Assembly (NCBI GenBank): GCA_963845145.1
Contig: CAWJQU010000001.1
Span: forward strand, 288,001-352,000
Source of the DNA: an uncultured delta proteobacterium
GTDB taxonomy: Bacteria > Desulfobacterota > Desulfobacteria > Desulfobacterales > QNYZ01
Length of the DNA: 64,000 nt
Direction of reading: 5' to 3'
The translations under genes and the position numbers were made by a program. Shown here piece by piece: positions 30,926 to 43,246 of this stretch. Below the pieces are notes generated by a model. It had not been told where the DNA came from. It saw nothing but the letters and a program-made list of their open reading frames with translations, and made no database searches. Within the stretch, counting starts at the first letter, position 1, and each line of letters begins with the position of its first letter.

Positions 30926-31182
30926 TGAAGACCAAATCATGAGGGTATAATCAAAAAAGTTGGGCGACTCCCTTTTTCCGATTGTTCATTGTCGGAAGTA
31001 TAGCGTACCGAAGCGACGGCATCAAGCACATCCATTTTTAAGCGGCCGCTTGATGCTACATTTTGCCTGCACCTTATCCCAGGATATATCGTTTCGAAAG
31101 TGCGGGGTCCGTTACCATTTGTTTAATGACGTTAAATGCCCTCCGCAGCATTCATCAGCCCCACATACCATTGAGTTTCATA

Positions 31183-32484
31183 TCAAGTTTGAATACCCAT
31201 TCGCCAAATGACGCCAACAATGGCGCCAATGGGTACCAGATAGTGAATGGCGAGGTGAAATTTTTGAAGAAGAATTAACGCGATAACGGCCACAAAAGAT
31301 GCAAAAAGATCGATTCCACCATCTGGAAAAATAACCTTGACGCCGAACCAAACCGCCAGATTCAGAACAACGCCCACCACCGCGGCGGTAACACCGGTCA
31401 GCGCAGCCTGAAGGCGTTGGTTCCCGGCCATGGCTTCAATAAATGGGGCGCCCGCAAAAATAAAGAAAAAGCAGGGTAAAAATGTCACGTAGGTGGTGAT
31501 CAAAGCGCCGAGAATTCCCGCCGTCAGCGGGCTAAGTCCCTGGGGAATATTCCAGCCACCGAGAAAACCGACATATTGGGTGACCATAATCAGCGGGCCT
31601 GGGGTCGATTCAGCCAACCCCAGACCGATGAGCATCTCTTCCATGGCAAGCCAACCTTTGGCTACCCCCACATCGGCGATATAGGTCAAGACGGCGTATG
31701 CACCGCCGAAGGTAACGAAGGCCGCCTTAGTGAAAAACAGGCCGATCTGGGTGAGCGTGTCGTGGTACCCTCGCCAGATCCATAAGGCCCCCATTACCAC
31801 GCCCCATAAACCCAGACAGGTAAAAAAGACCTTGATCACGTGCCCCCAGGACGGTTTTACCGTGTTTTGAGCGGCAATCGTTTCTTCTGCGTCTATGCGG
31901 CATTCACGGCTCTGGGGATCGAAATCGCCAGTGCAAAAAACACCTGGCAATCGGCGCTGCATGAGCATGCCCCCCAAAGCCGCCATAATAACGATAGCGG
32001 GAAAAGGAATTTTGATAAAATAGATGGCCACAAAAGCCAAAGCGGCAAAAGCGTAAAGGAGACGATGCCTGAGCGCCTTTTTACCGATCCGCAGAACCGC
32101 TTCAATAACCACGGCCACAACCACCGGCTGGATCCCGTAAAAAGCGGCGGCCACCATCGGTGTGTCAATATGCGCAACGGCCAAATAGCTGAGAATCAGC
32201 ATGACAAAGATCGACGGGATCACAAAAAGGGTCCCTGCGGCAATACCACCGAGAGTGCCATTTAGCCGCCAGCCAATGTAAGTCGCCAGCTGTTGAGCTT
32301 CGGGGCCGGGAAGCAACATACAAAAATTAAGGGCCCTAAGAAACGGATTTTCCGTCATCCACCGTCGCCGTTCCACCACCTCCTGATGCATCATGGCAAT
32401 CTGGCCGGCCGGACCGCCGAAACTGATAAAACCCAACTTGGTCCAGAATTTTAATGTCTCGCGCAAAGGGATCGGTGATACCAT
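31183..32484 (-). CDS. chrA: Chromate efflux transporter (long-chain CHR)
   Basis: KLGFISFGGPAGQIA, LPGPEAQQLA, TFGGAYAVL, ESTPGP. Confidence 0.95.
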   Translation of the reverse strand: MVSPIPLRETLKFWTKLGFISFGGPAGQIAMMHQEVVERRRWMTENPFLRALNFCMLLPGPEAQQLATYIGWRLNGTLGGIAAGTLFVIPSIFVMLILSYLAVAHIDTPMVAAAFYGIQPVVVAVVIEAVLRIGKKALRHRLLYAFAALAFVAIYFIKIPFPAIVIMAALGGMLMQRRLPGVFCTGDFDPQSRECRIDAEETIAAQNTVKPSWGHVIKVFFTCLGLWGVVMGALWIWRGYHDTLTQIGLFFTKAAFVTFGGAYAVLTYIADVGVAKGWLAMEEMLIGLGLAESTPGPLIMVTQYVGFLGGWNIPQGLSPLTAGILGALITTYVTFLPCFFFIFAGAPFIEAMAGNQRLQAALTGVTAAVVGVVLNLAVWFGVKVIFPDGGIDLFASFVAVIALILLQKFHLAIHYLVPIGAIVGVIWRMGIQT

Positions 32485-32889
32485 GCCGGATTCCTCCAAA
32501 ATTTAAACCAATAGCCCAATTAACCACATGATTCATGCCGCAACACTTGTATATAAGCTATAATATAAAAAGGAATTCTCTCTACATCAAGGGGTGAAGG
32601 CTATATACAAATGCCCCCGTCATTAAAACAAATCGTGAGGATTGTTAATTTTTTCAATATGCGCTAAGCATTAGTTAAAATTGTAATATTGGTACCATCC
32701 ACTACTTGCCATTTATCGATTAAAGACGATCCTATACTCTTTTTTTCCATACGAACTGGGAACGGCAAAACCACCCTCATCCAATGGGGGTGTCCCTAAC
32801 ACCACTCGTTTGATTTTTTCTGAGCCAACACCGGCTTGGAAACAAAAAGAGGCCATTGAAATGATCATATCTGATTAGGGGCCAATAGT

Positions 32890-33366
32890 ATGAACACATT
32901 TTTCACCCTGCTTGAGCAACTCGTGTCGCTTACCGCACCGTCGATCGTGGTGCTGCAGAGCCTTTTAGGCGTGACACTACTGCCCGTAAAAGAGAACCGG
33001 TTCTCGCAATTTTACGAAGGGCGGCCGGCCACGGGGATGATTGCCCGGGTCGATTACCGGGTGCCGATTTCGAATGATCCCCAAAAAGCGCCCTTCCTGG
33101 TAATGGACCTTCGTGATGAGTCGATCCATTTCGATGATTTCCGAAAAAAGTTAGGCGACGTATATCCCTCGGATGTCAGCGCCCATCATCCTCATTTTGT
33201 CGGATACAGGGGCCGTTTCAACGGTCATCCGGTGAGGGTAAGGGTAAGCACAAAGACCAATGTCGTGTTGGCAGTAGTGATTGATTACGCGGAACAGGTC
33301 GTGAATGAGGACAACAGCCGGCCTGATGCACCGGTCAGGTCTTCAACGAAGCGGCCGGACGATTAA
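32890..33366 (+). CDS. Hypothetical protein
   Basis: 158-aa ORF, first of a co-oriented cluster. Confidence 0.6.
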   Translation: MNTFFTLLEQLVSLTAPSIVVLQSLLGVTLLPVKENRFSQFYEGRPATGMIARVDYRVPISNDPQKAPFLVMDLRDESIHFDDFRKKLGDVYPSDVSAHHPHFVGYRGRFNGHPVRVRVSTKTNVVLAVVIDYAEQVVNEDNSRPDAPVRSSTKRPDD

Positions 33367-33427
33367 ATGCGATCTTCCATAAAATGACATTTAATTAAGA
33401 ATAACCGAATGAAAGAAAGGATTTCCA

Positions 33428-34708
33428 ATGAATGACCAAATGACCCGTTTTAGCTTTTTAATTTTGTTCACAATACTTCTCATTGGATGCGGTGGCCGTA
33501 CCCATCAGCCAGAGCCAACATCACCACCAAAGTCGCCAGAAGCAATGGCGACAAACACACCTGAAAAAACCGCATCAGCAGAGTCGGCCACATTCCAGGA
33601 TGCCACAGTAACGGCATCTCGATTAAACCTGCGTGACAAAGGCTCGGCCAAAGGTAACGTGGTAGGGGTGCTCAAAAAGGGTGACCCGTTGGAGATCCTT
33701 TCCCACAGGGATAACTGGCTGGAAGTTACCACACTGGATGGCAAAAAAGGGTGGGTGTACGGCCGCTATGTGCAAACCGGTGACAAGATGCCTGACACAG
33801 CCGTCAAATCAGAAAAGCCGGCAATTACTCCACCGAAAGTTCAAACCGCAAAAGCCGATGCTACAGTCCAATCCAAACCGGCTAAAACCCCGATACCCAA
33901 AGCAGCCCCTAATAAGAGTCATGCGTTACGCCAACAGTTGGAGATGGTGTGGGGAACAAGCCGCCAGGCCTATCGTGACGGCGATTTGGCCCTGATCCGG
34001 AAAGTCACCTCGAATCATTCTTACGGCACCTTGCAGAACGATCTGACGGCTGTTGGCAAGGAATTAAAACCCGATGATGTGACTGTTCTCTACAAAATGA
34101 TGCCGGATTTGGCTAAATTAAAATTCGTCGAAATCAAGCAAGACGGCCCCACCGTCGGTATGCTATATCTGGATGAGGGCGACAAAAGCGACGACCCCAA
34201 CCTGCCGCCGCCGGTGCGCTTTCACTTCATTAAGTTTGTGAAAGAGGCACGAGGCTGGACCTTAGAAGGGACTCTCTCCATGAGAGAACCCAAATACCAA
34301 AAAGACGGCAGCGAGACCCGGTTTGACTATGCCGACCTTCCCGGCGAATTGGCCATTGATGGAAAAGTGCACCCCGCTCCCAAAGCCGTGGCAAAACCAA
34401 CCGAAGCGATGGTAAAGGGGGCCCTCGATATATCCTCTTATGATTATATCACCAGGGTTTCTATTAACGGGGTACCGCAAAGGGAAACGGAAGGCGCCAA
34501 CTCATCCGGAGCCATCAAGGGGGGGCTGAAAAAAGGGGCAAACAAGATTGAAATTGTGGTCAGCAAATCGGCCAAAGCGCAATCCGAATGGGAGCCCGAA
34601 GTGACGATCCGGTATCTGAACAGTTCAGGTCAGGAGCAGGAGGCGTTTAATTTCGCCCCTGAGGAAAATATTGAGGGCACGCATGAATTTACCTTTACGG
34701 TTGAATGA
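33428..34708 (+). CDS. SH3b-domain lipoprotein
   Basis: Lipobox LLIGC; LNLR..G...VVGVLKKG..WLEV..GWVYG. Confidence 0.8.
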   Translation: MNDQMTRFSFLILFTILLIGCGGRTHQPEPTSPPKSPEAMATNTPEKTASAESATFQDATVTASRLNLRDKGSAKGNVVGVLKKGDPLEILSHRDNWLEVTTLDGKKGWVYGRYVQTGDKMPDTAVKSEKPAITPPKVQTAKADATVQSKPAKTPIPKAAPNKSHALRQQLEMVWGTSRQAYRDGDLALIRKVTSNHSYGTLQNDLTAVGKELKPDDVTVLYKMMPDLAKLKFVEIKQDGPTVGMLYLDEGDKSDDPNLPPPVRFHFIKFVKEARGWTLEGTLSMREPKYQKDGSETRFDYADLPGELAIDGKVHPAPKAVAKPTEAMVKGALDISSYDYITRVSINGVPQRETEGANSSGAIKGGLKKGANKIEIVVSKSAKAQSEWEPEVTIRYLNSSGQEQEAFNFAPEENIEGTHEFTFTVE

Positions 34709-34744
34709 AGCAAAATATCGTTATAGTGCCGCTTATAGCTTGGC

Positions 34745-35629
34745 ATGATAAAAGGTAAAGTGATGTCAAAACAGTTATTGACGGTTATCATCCTGATCAG
34801 TGGAATGGTGTTTTCTACCTGGGAAAATCAATCTGTCGCCTCGTCGCGTCTTGCTAAAGCGTCTAAACAACCAACTTTTCATATTGTAACACCCCCGAAC
34901 GTACAAAAGTCGACCCAAATCGTCTCCAGCCGTAGCACAGCGGCATTTGGCTTTAACGCCCCTCTGGTCCGGATCTATTTGCCGCGCATCGATAACAGTA
35001 CCTACGCAGTTATCGAATTCGATGAACCTATGCTTTTAAACGACAACGGCAAAAGTATTGCCTGCGAAATTGAGCGAGGCGGATACAATATAGACCTCTA
35101 TTCGGACGAAATCCGTTTCGCCGCCCCGGATGGGATGGAAACGCTGAGTTACGCCAAAGCCAAAGGTACCGGACGAATCCTGTACCCCCTCAAGATTACC
35201 ACCCGTGCCGTCCATTCGGGACAGCCGGCCAGCAACCCGGAGGTAATCATCAACGGTTCCAGGGTGACCTATATCGATCAAAATATCTCTGAAATGGTAT
35301 TTAAGCAAAGTCATATGGGTCCGGTTCGGGCCTATGATGCCACGGGCCGCCAGCTAATAATGGGAGACTATAATGCCTCACAAACCCAGGGCAAAATCAT
35401 GCGGCGGACGCTCTCATTTTTGGGTAAAATCGCCAAAGTAGAGATCGATACGGTCGCCGAATGGGCTGAGATGGCGTTTTCCTATAAGCTGCCGCCCACC
35501 AAACCGCTGCCGGAGAGTTATCGTGGGTACGTTGTCTCGCGTCCGCCGCAAATTTCGGCCACACGTGATGGTGACGTATCGGTAAGGTTTGTTTCTCAGG
35601 GCACATCAGCACCAGTTAAAAATGAATAG
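34745..35629 (+). CDS. Hypothetical secreted protein
   Basis: Signal-peptide-like N-terminus; 294 aa. Confidence 0.7.
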   Translation: MIKGKVMSKQLLTVIILISGMVFSTWENQSVASSRLAKASKQPTFHIVTPPNVQKSTQIVSSRSTAAFGFNAPLVRIYLPRIDNSTYAVIEFDEPMLLNDNGKSIACEIERGGYNIDLYSDEIRFAAPDGMETLSYAKAKGTGRILYPLKITTRAVHSGQPASNPEVIINGSRVTYIDQNISEMVFKQSHMGPVRAYDATGRQLIMGDYNASQTQGKIMRRTLSFLGKIAKVEIDTVAEWAEMAFSYKLPPTKPLPESYRGYVVSRPPQISATRDGDVSVRFVSQGTSAPVKNE

Positions 35630-35677
35630 TAAAATATCAATCCAAACGCGTCTACCCATCATGCCGGAGGATAATTT

Positions 35678-36211
35678 ATGAATCCTGTTTTCAGCATAAC
35701 ATCTCTCAAGCACAGACGCTTCATCATGTTTTTATTAATGGTAATTTCGGTGGGATTGTTGAGTGCCTGTGCCACAATGATCCACTATCCAACCGATATG
35801 GCCAAAGGTGTTAAATTCTCTCCCGCTGAAGCGGTGGTGTTTGTCCGTAAAGAGGCCCGGGCCAGCCAGTCCGATGCCGATTACGGCAGCTTTGTACTGG
35901 ACACTAAGGGTTTCAGTTTCGCCAAAACAGTAAAAAAAAAGAAAAAACGAAAATCTAATGGCATTACGGCTATCGTAGAGTACGAGGAGGCCCAGGTCCA
36001 TCATGTGTCCTGGCAAAGTGTCAATCGTATCGATCCCTACCTTAAAGAGACCTTCATTGGTGAGCTTTACGGTGTGCAGCTACAGTTCACATCCAGCCGG
36101 GTTGTTTCAAGCCTAAGACAGAACATCAGCGCTGAACTGGATCTCTATTGTGACAATTATGAAGAGCTGACCCGTGTAGTAGCGGCCCTGCAAACTTTGA
36201 TAGCAAAATAA
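35678..36211 (+). CDS. Hypothetical lipoprotein
   Basis: GGAGG RBS; LLSAC lipobox. Confidence 0.7.
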   Translation: MNPVFSITSLKHRRFIMFLLMVISVGLLSACATMIHYPTDMAKGVKFSPAEAVVFVRKEARASQSDADYGSFVLDTKGFSFAKTVKKKKKRKSNGITAIVEYEEAQVHHVSWQSVNRIDPYLKETFIGELYGVQLQFTSSRVVSSLRQNISAELDLYCDNYEELTRVVAALQTLIAK

Positions 36212-36345
36212 GCGCACGGTGATCGAACCATCATTTTGATACATATTCCCGATACCAGCAAAGCAACTGGATACGCACTTCAGACTTTCAAAGGAGTTTA
36301 GCATTCAAAAGTTACTGAGCTGGCCGGACACTTTTATATTCAAGC

Positions 36346-36381
36346 AAAAAGGCCCCATTCCAAAAAGGAAGGGGGCCTTTT
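36346..36381. terminator. Bidirectional intrinsic terminator
   Basis: AAAAAGGCCCC.TTCC...GGAAGGGGGCCTTTT between convergent genes. Confidence 0.8.
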
Positions 36382-36408
36382 ACTTAAAAACAATAATTAC
36401 CGTGCTAA

Positions 36409-37302
36409 TTACAATTCCAACCAAGAATCAGAGTAAAGGCTCTTGCCGAGAATCACATTCACCGTTTTGGCATAATCCAGCAGCTCTTTGGAGAGACTGC
36501 CCATATCCGGTTCATTGCCGTCCATGATACCGTAAATCAGGTCCACGATATCCTGGCGCTCGCCTTTGGCGATGGCGATGAGTTGATCATCGCGAGGATC
36601 GGCGATACAGGAGACCATCCCGTATTTTTCCAACATGACCATATAGGTTTGGTTTAAGATGGGTCGCAGATGTTCCGGCGGCCCATTGGAAATGTTGGAA
36701 AGCCCGCAGGTGCTTTTAGCGCCGGGGCACATATCCGGAAGCATTCCCTGGAACTCCATCAGGCTGATAGCCTGGGGTTGCTGAATATTCACTGGAGTGA
36801 CAATCCCGTCAACCCAAATCTTCTCATTGGGGATGCCGGCTTCGTTGGCAAAATAGAGCAACTCGACACACAAAGCCGCCCGCTCGTTTTCATCCCGTGG
36901 GAGTCCTTCCGGTCCCCACATCAAAGCGACAAAATCAACCCCATGCTCGGCCGTCAGAGGGACCATCTTCTCGTAGCGTTCAGGACGAACCATGATGGAA
37001 TTGACGATATGGGATTTTCCGGGAACTTCCTTAATCACCTTGAGAGATTCCGCAATGGCATCGATGTTGGAGGTATCCAGGGCCAGGGGCACATCTGAAA
37101 CGACTTCCTGAACGGTTTCCACGACCCAAGGCATTAACTCATGGCCATCTTTTTTAGCAGGACCGAGGTTAATGTCGATAATATCCATTTTCTTCTCTTT
37201 CTGGAAAACGGCCTCTTCCTGAATTGGCCCGGCATCGCGCTCTTTAAAGGCCCTGCCGATTTTCGTCGAAATTACGTTTAAACTTTCACCTATAAGTAAC
37301 AT
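36409..37302 (-). CDS. acsE: Methyltetrahydrofolate:corrinoid/Fe-S protein methyltransferase
   Basis: Pterin-binding barrel (LIGESLN, IDIN, LALDTSN, GLSNIS); last gene of the acs cluster. Confidence 0.9.
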   Translation of the reverse strand: MLLIGESLNVISTKIGRAFKERDAGPIQEEAVFQKEKKMDIIDINLGPAKKDGHELMPWVVETVQEVVSDVPLALDTSNIDAIAESLKVIKEVPGKSHIVNSIMVRPERYEKMVPLTAEHGVDFVALMWGPEGLPRDENERAALCVELLYFANEAGIPNEKIWVDGIVTPVNIQQPQAISLMEFQGMLPDMCPGAKSTCGLSNISNGPPEHLRPILNQTYMVMLEKYGMVSCIADPRDDQLIAIAKGERQDIVDLIYGIMDGNEPDMGSLSKELLDYAKTVNVILGKSLYSDSWLEL

Positions 37303-37418
37303 ACGCCCTCCCTTCCACAGTTTTTACTTTATTTTGGGACAAACCGGCTTTGGTGTGATTCGCATCGGCACACCAATGTCACCCGGTGTCATGGAAGCGA
37401 TTCATCCCGACAACGGAC

Positions 37419-38760
37419 TTATTTGTCCTTCAAGAAAGCCGGAATATGCGGCGCTTCTCTGGGGCCAACAATGATATTCCAATCGGGCAGTTCTTCTTCG
37501 ATCTCGCCCACAATGGCTGCGGCGTATCCGGGGATCACGAGATCCCGGGTCTTGGTTTTGTCTGCGATACCGGATTTTTTCACGAACATTCCCACATCGT
37601 CTCCGGCAAACTTTCCAGCCGCCCAGGCAGTCAACACGCTCAATCCTTCCGAATCTTTGATCAATAACCAGGTCGGCACCCGACTTCCCTCAATCTCGCC
37701 CGATACGATAAAGTAGGTCAAAGCAAAGTTGGTGGTGACCATGATCGGAGAATTTTCATCCGGATTATTAATTTCATAAATACCCTCGGTAACCGTCATG
37801 GGTCGCTGGGGATCGGTAAATATATTCAACCGGCTTACCAATAGCGGGAACAAACTTTCACCGGCAAAATCCGAAAGAATCACAATCCCACCATACTTGG
37901 CGATATGCATGCCGGCGATCAACGATTCCGTATCCAGATTAGACGCCATCTCGCATGGGAATGTGATGGTCGGAAAGCCCACATCCCGATTCGCATCTTT
38001 TAAAGCCGCCCGGCGAATGGCGATCTGATCCTCGTTGGACTGTTTGATTTCCCGGGAACCGGGATCAAGTACCAGGTCTTTTAGTCCCATCCCAGTCAAT
38101 TTGGCGCTCAGGGGAACCAGTGCTTCCACCGAATCGGCTTTGATTGCCAAAGGCAGATCGTTCTCTTTGGCCAGCGCACCGAAATCGTCCGCATTGGCTT
38201 CAGTGGCCGCATACATCAAAGGGCGTTTGTACCCACAGGCCTCAACGCCCGCTTTCATGACGCCAAGGTCTTCGGTCATGAGCACAACATTGAATTCCGA
38301 TGTGTCGGCGATTTTTTTTGCAGTGGCGGCAAATGCATCGGCATTTCCGTCCACATCTTTGACGGCTACCAATTCAGGCCGAAGGTTGTACCCGACCCTC
38401 TCAAATTGGAACGCATTCCAGGTTTTTAATTTGGCCTCCAAATCCCCTTCAGCGATATCCGACCCCACCAAAGCACCGATCAAGCTGGGATTATAAAATG
38501 TCTTCTCATGACGATACTAGGACCGTCTCACCGCCGGCGATACGTTCGCGAACACCTTTGCCGATTTTCACCGGCCGAATGGGAGGCGCCGATGCTTCGG
38601 CCAACTGCTCCCGGGCTTCATCGGATACATATGGACAGCCATCCAGCTCCGCCTTTCCCGAGGCCAGGTTCATGGCAAAAGCCAGACAAGTCGGCACGCC
38701 ACATTCCTTGCAGTTGGTTTTCGGCAGGAGCTTGAAAATCTGTATACCAGTTAATGCCAT
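37419..38760 (-). CDS. acsC: Corrinoid Fe-S protein large (gamma) subunit (frameshift near 38515)
   Basis: LPKTNCKECG.PTCLAFA, IFTDPQ.P, VTTNFALTY, GLSVLTAWAAG. Confidence 0.95.
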
Positions 38761-38873
38761 CTCTATCTCCTTCGTTATATAATCATCAGGTTCACGGCAA
38801 GGCATGGTGTTTTCACCCCATGCCTTGCCGAGATTTTCCGGTTTATCGTAACAGCCGATCCACTATCAAACCA

Positions 38874-41091
38874 CTAACGGATCAGGGAATCCATTTCAAG
38901 CGCTGGATGCTTTTTCTCCTGGAGAAAGGGAAGGATCTCTTCTTCGGTCATCCCGACGGTTTCATCGGCAATCCGGTCGACCAGATCCGGCACGCCCATC
39001 CGTTCGCCGGCTTTTTCGAGGCGGTCCCGGATCTCCTCTTTGAGCATCTTCGGCATCCAGACCATACGCAGCAGGCCGCCGTCACCCTTTGATAAACTTT
39101 CCCTGGGTGATGTTGAACTTGGAATGGCCGACAAAGCCCGGTGATGATTGTCCACCGCCCATAACCCCGGCCAAGGTGGTAAATTTCATGCCACAAGGCG
39201 TCTCACCGTTGTATTCCCGGTTGACGGTCATGATACCGTTACAAGCCGGCAGCATGGCGGCAATACATTCACAGCACCCGCAGGTCGTCATGGGATCGAT
39301 GACCATCGAATAAAAGTTGTAATGATCGATGGCACCCCGGGAGGCTTTGGCGATAAAATCGTTAACCCCTTTCCACTGGCCTAATACCGGATCAACACAT
39401 TCTCCCTTTTCAATGGGCTGGTTGGGACCGGTGGGGTTAATTTCAAAAGAGGCCTTGCAGTCCATCCAGTTGTACGCCCCACATAAGCCCAGTTCGTTCG
39501 GGACTGACCGAGCATACATGGGTGGGAGCGAAAGACTGGCACAAGGTGCAGGAGTAATAGGTTTCTACATCCTCATCGGTCATTTTTTCAACGCGCTCAT
39601 CACGGGTTCTGTACTCAGCTCGCGCTGTTTGGTCAGTTCATCCACATCCTCTTGGTTGGTGTAGAGGGTGACTTCGACTTTATCGAAAATCTTACCGAAA
39701 TCCTGATGAAACTTGGCATGCAGAACCACACCGATATCCTTGATGGTAAAGCCTTTTTCGAGCGCAGCCTTACCCACCCGGATCCAGGAGATATCCCGCT
39801 GTCCAATATGCATGATACCCTGGATGTAGTTGATCAGATGATGGATCTGTCGTTCGAGAATCGGCTCAAAATCGGTCTGGAATTCACGCCCGGCGACCTG
39901 GACATAAATTCCCAGCGGAAAGGTTTCGCCTTCTTTCAGCTCGGTAATATCCGGGCCCACCAGATTCACTTTGGCGTCCTCGATCTCGCTCATCTCGGCC
40001 ATTTTGACCAGCTCGGTGCACTGGGTCTTGCCACCGCCGGTCTGGCAGTGCAGATCGGCCCCGCGCACACGCTCACCCTCAAAGGCCGGACCGAAGGAAC
40101 ATGGAATATCGATTTCGGAAACCGTTACCTTGAGGCCGCGGACTTCGACCGATTTCTGGCATATTTCGTCATGAGGAACATTGGCCACAACATGCTCGTA
40201 GGTACAGATACCGGTGGGCAAAATTTCCGGAATGTCGGTATCGGCCAAGGTCGGGAAACCCCAGTTAACACAACCGGCTGCGGCAACACCCCATTCGGTA
40301 CCAATATCACCAAAGGCGTTTACAAACGCAAAAACCCGGTCTTTGTTATAATGCAAGATCTTCTTATAATCTCCCGGTTGAACCCCACCAAACGCCATGG
40401 CCGCGCGATTGGCAAAACCGAGGGAAAAACGGCGGAAGAGATATCCGGCCCAAAAGGCACGATCCGGGTGCCCCAGCCGATTTGAACGCCGGCTTCAATG
40501 AACTGCTCAATGACCGAAGTTCCGTTATGATGGGCGGCACAGAAGATATAGAGGTTCTTCTTCTGATAGTCCTCCACGATCATCTTGGCCGTTTCGGGAT
40601 CGGGACAGGCACCGACCACGATAGCGGCAAAACCCGGTGCAGAGCCATCCACGAACTCCACGCCTCTCTTCCTCAAGATAATATCATCCGCGGGGCCGAC
40701 CCACATTTTCCCGTTTTCTAGATCCGGATCTTCCTGGGGCAGATAAAAATCCGGTTCTCTTAAAATTCGAAGGGCTTCTAAAATTTCATAACAAAAGATC
40801 GCTGCCATACCCGCATCCAGAAGGGGGCCGAAATAAGGCAGATGGTGTTTACCCTTAATATGCGGGGGTAACAGTCCTCGTGCGAACTCCAGCGGTTTTT
40901 TCAGATCTTCTAAGGGTTTCCACCTTCATACCGGTGAGTGAATAGATGACCGGCAGGTAATAACCGGTATTGGGAAATTCTATTTTTGAAGCGGCGTCAA
41001 AGGTATCGAGTGCATTTTTAAATTGACCTTCGGCCGTAGAGACAACTTTATAACCACCCTGAATGCCGGCAAATGCGACTAACTTGGACAT
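38874..41091 (-). CDS. acsB: Acetyl-CoA synthase (multiple frameshifts)
   Basis: FPNTGYYLP, FGPAFEGERVR, FEPILERQIH, GLCGA.NWMD, PMTTCGCCEC, DGGLLRMVWMP across several ORFs. Confidence 0.95.
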
Positions 41092-41126
41092 ACTTTCCTC
41101 CTTCGTTGAGGATATTATTTCAATAA

Positions 41127-43160
41127 TTAACGCTTCCAGTGCCTGCCGATCGGCCATATCCATCAACACCCGATCCCTGGCCTTATCAATACCAAGGGCC
41201 TTTCGTTTCTTATCGATATGGGCAATCATGGCATGCGCATGTTCAATGGCATCCGTATACATATCCCACATGCCGCCATAGATACTTTCCATTTCTTTAA
41301 ATAGATAGTTCTGGAATACCGGCGCGCCTTTGTCTGCAGAATACCGCCAAAGACAGTGTAGACACCCGAGGAAACAAAATAATGTCCAATCGCAATCGCT
41401 TTTTCACTCATCCATTCCGGGGCACTGCCGGCGGCCGGAAGGTCGGTGATATCGTCTCCCAACCCACCTGCTTTAACGACTTCGGTGGCGGCAAGCAAGA
41501 TGCGACTGTTGTCCACACATGATCCCAGATGCAGAACCGGCGGAATACCAACCGTTTCGCACACTTCCGCCAGGCCGGGGCCGCACATGACGGCTGCGGT
41601 TTCCGGAGTTAACAGCCCTGCAGTTGCGCAGGCGATGGCGTTACATCCGGTCGTTAAGACCAAAACGTCATTTTTGATCAACTCTTTGATCATCGTGATA
41701 CATTCGTTATTATGCTGGGACCGGGCATTGTTACAACCCACCACACCGGCCAGTCCTCTGATGCGACCGTTGATGATATTATCATTTAGCGTGTAATAAT
41801 CACCTCGGAAAGAGCCACCCAGATGATACTTGATCGACTCCACCCCAAACCCGGCGATCTGAACGGATTTCTGTCTCGGAATATCGACTTCCGTTTCACG
41901 ATTCTGGAAATTGTCAATGGCCATAGTCAGAATCCGTTTGGCATCTTCCATGGCATGATGTTCATCAAACTCAATGTGAATCACGTTATCCTGTTCCATC
42001 TTGGCGATGGGATGGGTGGTGATCAGCTTGGTATGGAAACATTTGGCCACATTGGCCAGGTTCTGAAAGATACACTGAACGTCTACGACCATGGCGTCGC
42101 AAGCGCCGGTAACGATCACCAACTCCTGCTGTAAGAAATTGCCTGCCGGTGGCACACCATGCCGCTGGAGAATTTCATTGGCCGTACAGCAGATCCCGCC
42201 CAACTGAATCCCGTTGGCGCCTTTTGATTTGGCATAATCAATCATCTCTTTTGACTGGGATGCCGCTACGATCATCTCTGATAGGACCGGTTCATGCCCG
42301 TGGACAATCACATTGACATAATCCTCTTTCATGATGCCGATATTGGATTCGGCATGCAGGGGATAGGGGGTTCCGAAAAGGATATCCTGCAGATCGGTGG
42401 CCATCATGGAGCCACCCCACCCATCGGCAAGGGATGCCCGGGTACACTGTTTAACCAGGTTTTTATAATCCTGATCAACACCCATATGGGTACGGTGCAT
42501 GATTTCAACAATTTCCCGGTCAATATTCCGGGGGACGACCCCGTTTTTCTTCCATTTTTTGTACAGAGGCGCCGGCGCTCTCTTGGCGTACATAAGCTCG
42601 CCTTCGGTTTTTCCCCATTCATTCATCGCAGCCTTGGCGACATCAAGGGCAATTTCATCAACGTTTCTGTCTTTTTCCTCGCCATCAACTTCAACTGTCG
42701 TGGCGACACCGAAATGCGGGGCAACAGCCAACAACTTTGCGATATCTTTGATCCGGTAATCCTTGGTCTCTTTCCGCGCTGCTGACATAAAAACTTCCGC
42801 CACGGATCGGCCATGGTCCGAATGTGCGGCTGCGCCGGCGGCGACCATTCGTGCAAAATTACGTGCGGCAATGGTATTGGCTGTAGCACCACACAACCCT
42901 TTGCGGGTATCTTCACCCTCGATACCGCCCTTGGGCAGGGGTAGACGACAGGGACCCATGGCACAGTTCTTACAACAAATCCCCTGAATACCGATATTAC
43001 AGGGTTTCATCTTAACCGCCCTGTCAAATACGGTTTCAACATTGAGCTCCTGAGCCCTTGCAATCATTTGCTGACTGGCTAAATCGATACTGGCTGCCTT
43101 CGGATCCGCCATTTTCGGCGCTTTGGCTGTGGCAACCGCTGTTTTTTTCTCTATTGCCAT
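41127..43160 (-). CDS. acsA: Ni,Fe carbon monoxide dehydrogenase catalytic subunit (3' frameshifts)
   Basis: CCKNCAMGPC, AAHSDH, HGHEP, CCTANE, VDVQC, VGCNN, GSCVDN, EWMSEKA. Confidence 0.96.
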
Positions 43161-43246
43161 TTGAGGTTCCTCCTCATCATTGATTGTCGGCAGTTCCTGA
43201 ATAAAATACCAAACAGGGAAATATGCCTGATTTTTAAAATATCTGA

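Noticed and set aside
32780..32845. TPP or c-di-AMP riboswitch
   Set aside because: Only isolated words match (GGGGTG, CTGAG, GGAACGG); the conserved cores are missing. Kept only as an unassigned structured leader.
40855..41292. AcsA-AcsB translational fusion
   Set aside because: The apparent read-through comes from one extra base at the acsA stop (GCG TTAA); acsB has its own GGAGG RBS and ATG at 41091.
37419..43160. Pseudogenisation or programmed frameshifting of acsA/acsB/acsC (also rsmA, cydAB, fbaA, cbpA, cphA, PPDK-like)
   Set aside because: Single-base indels are scattered through many otherwise well-conserved genes, often at homopolymers, which is typical of uncorrected long-read error. 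Read-level checks are needed before any biological claim.
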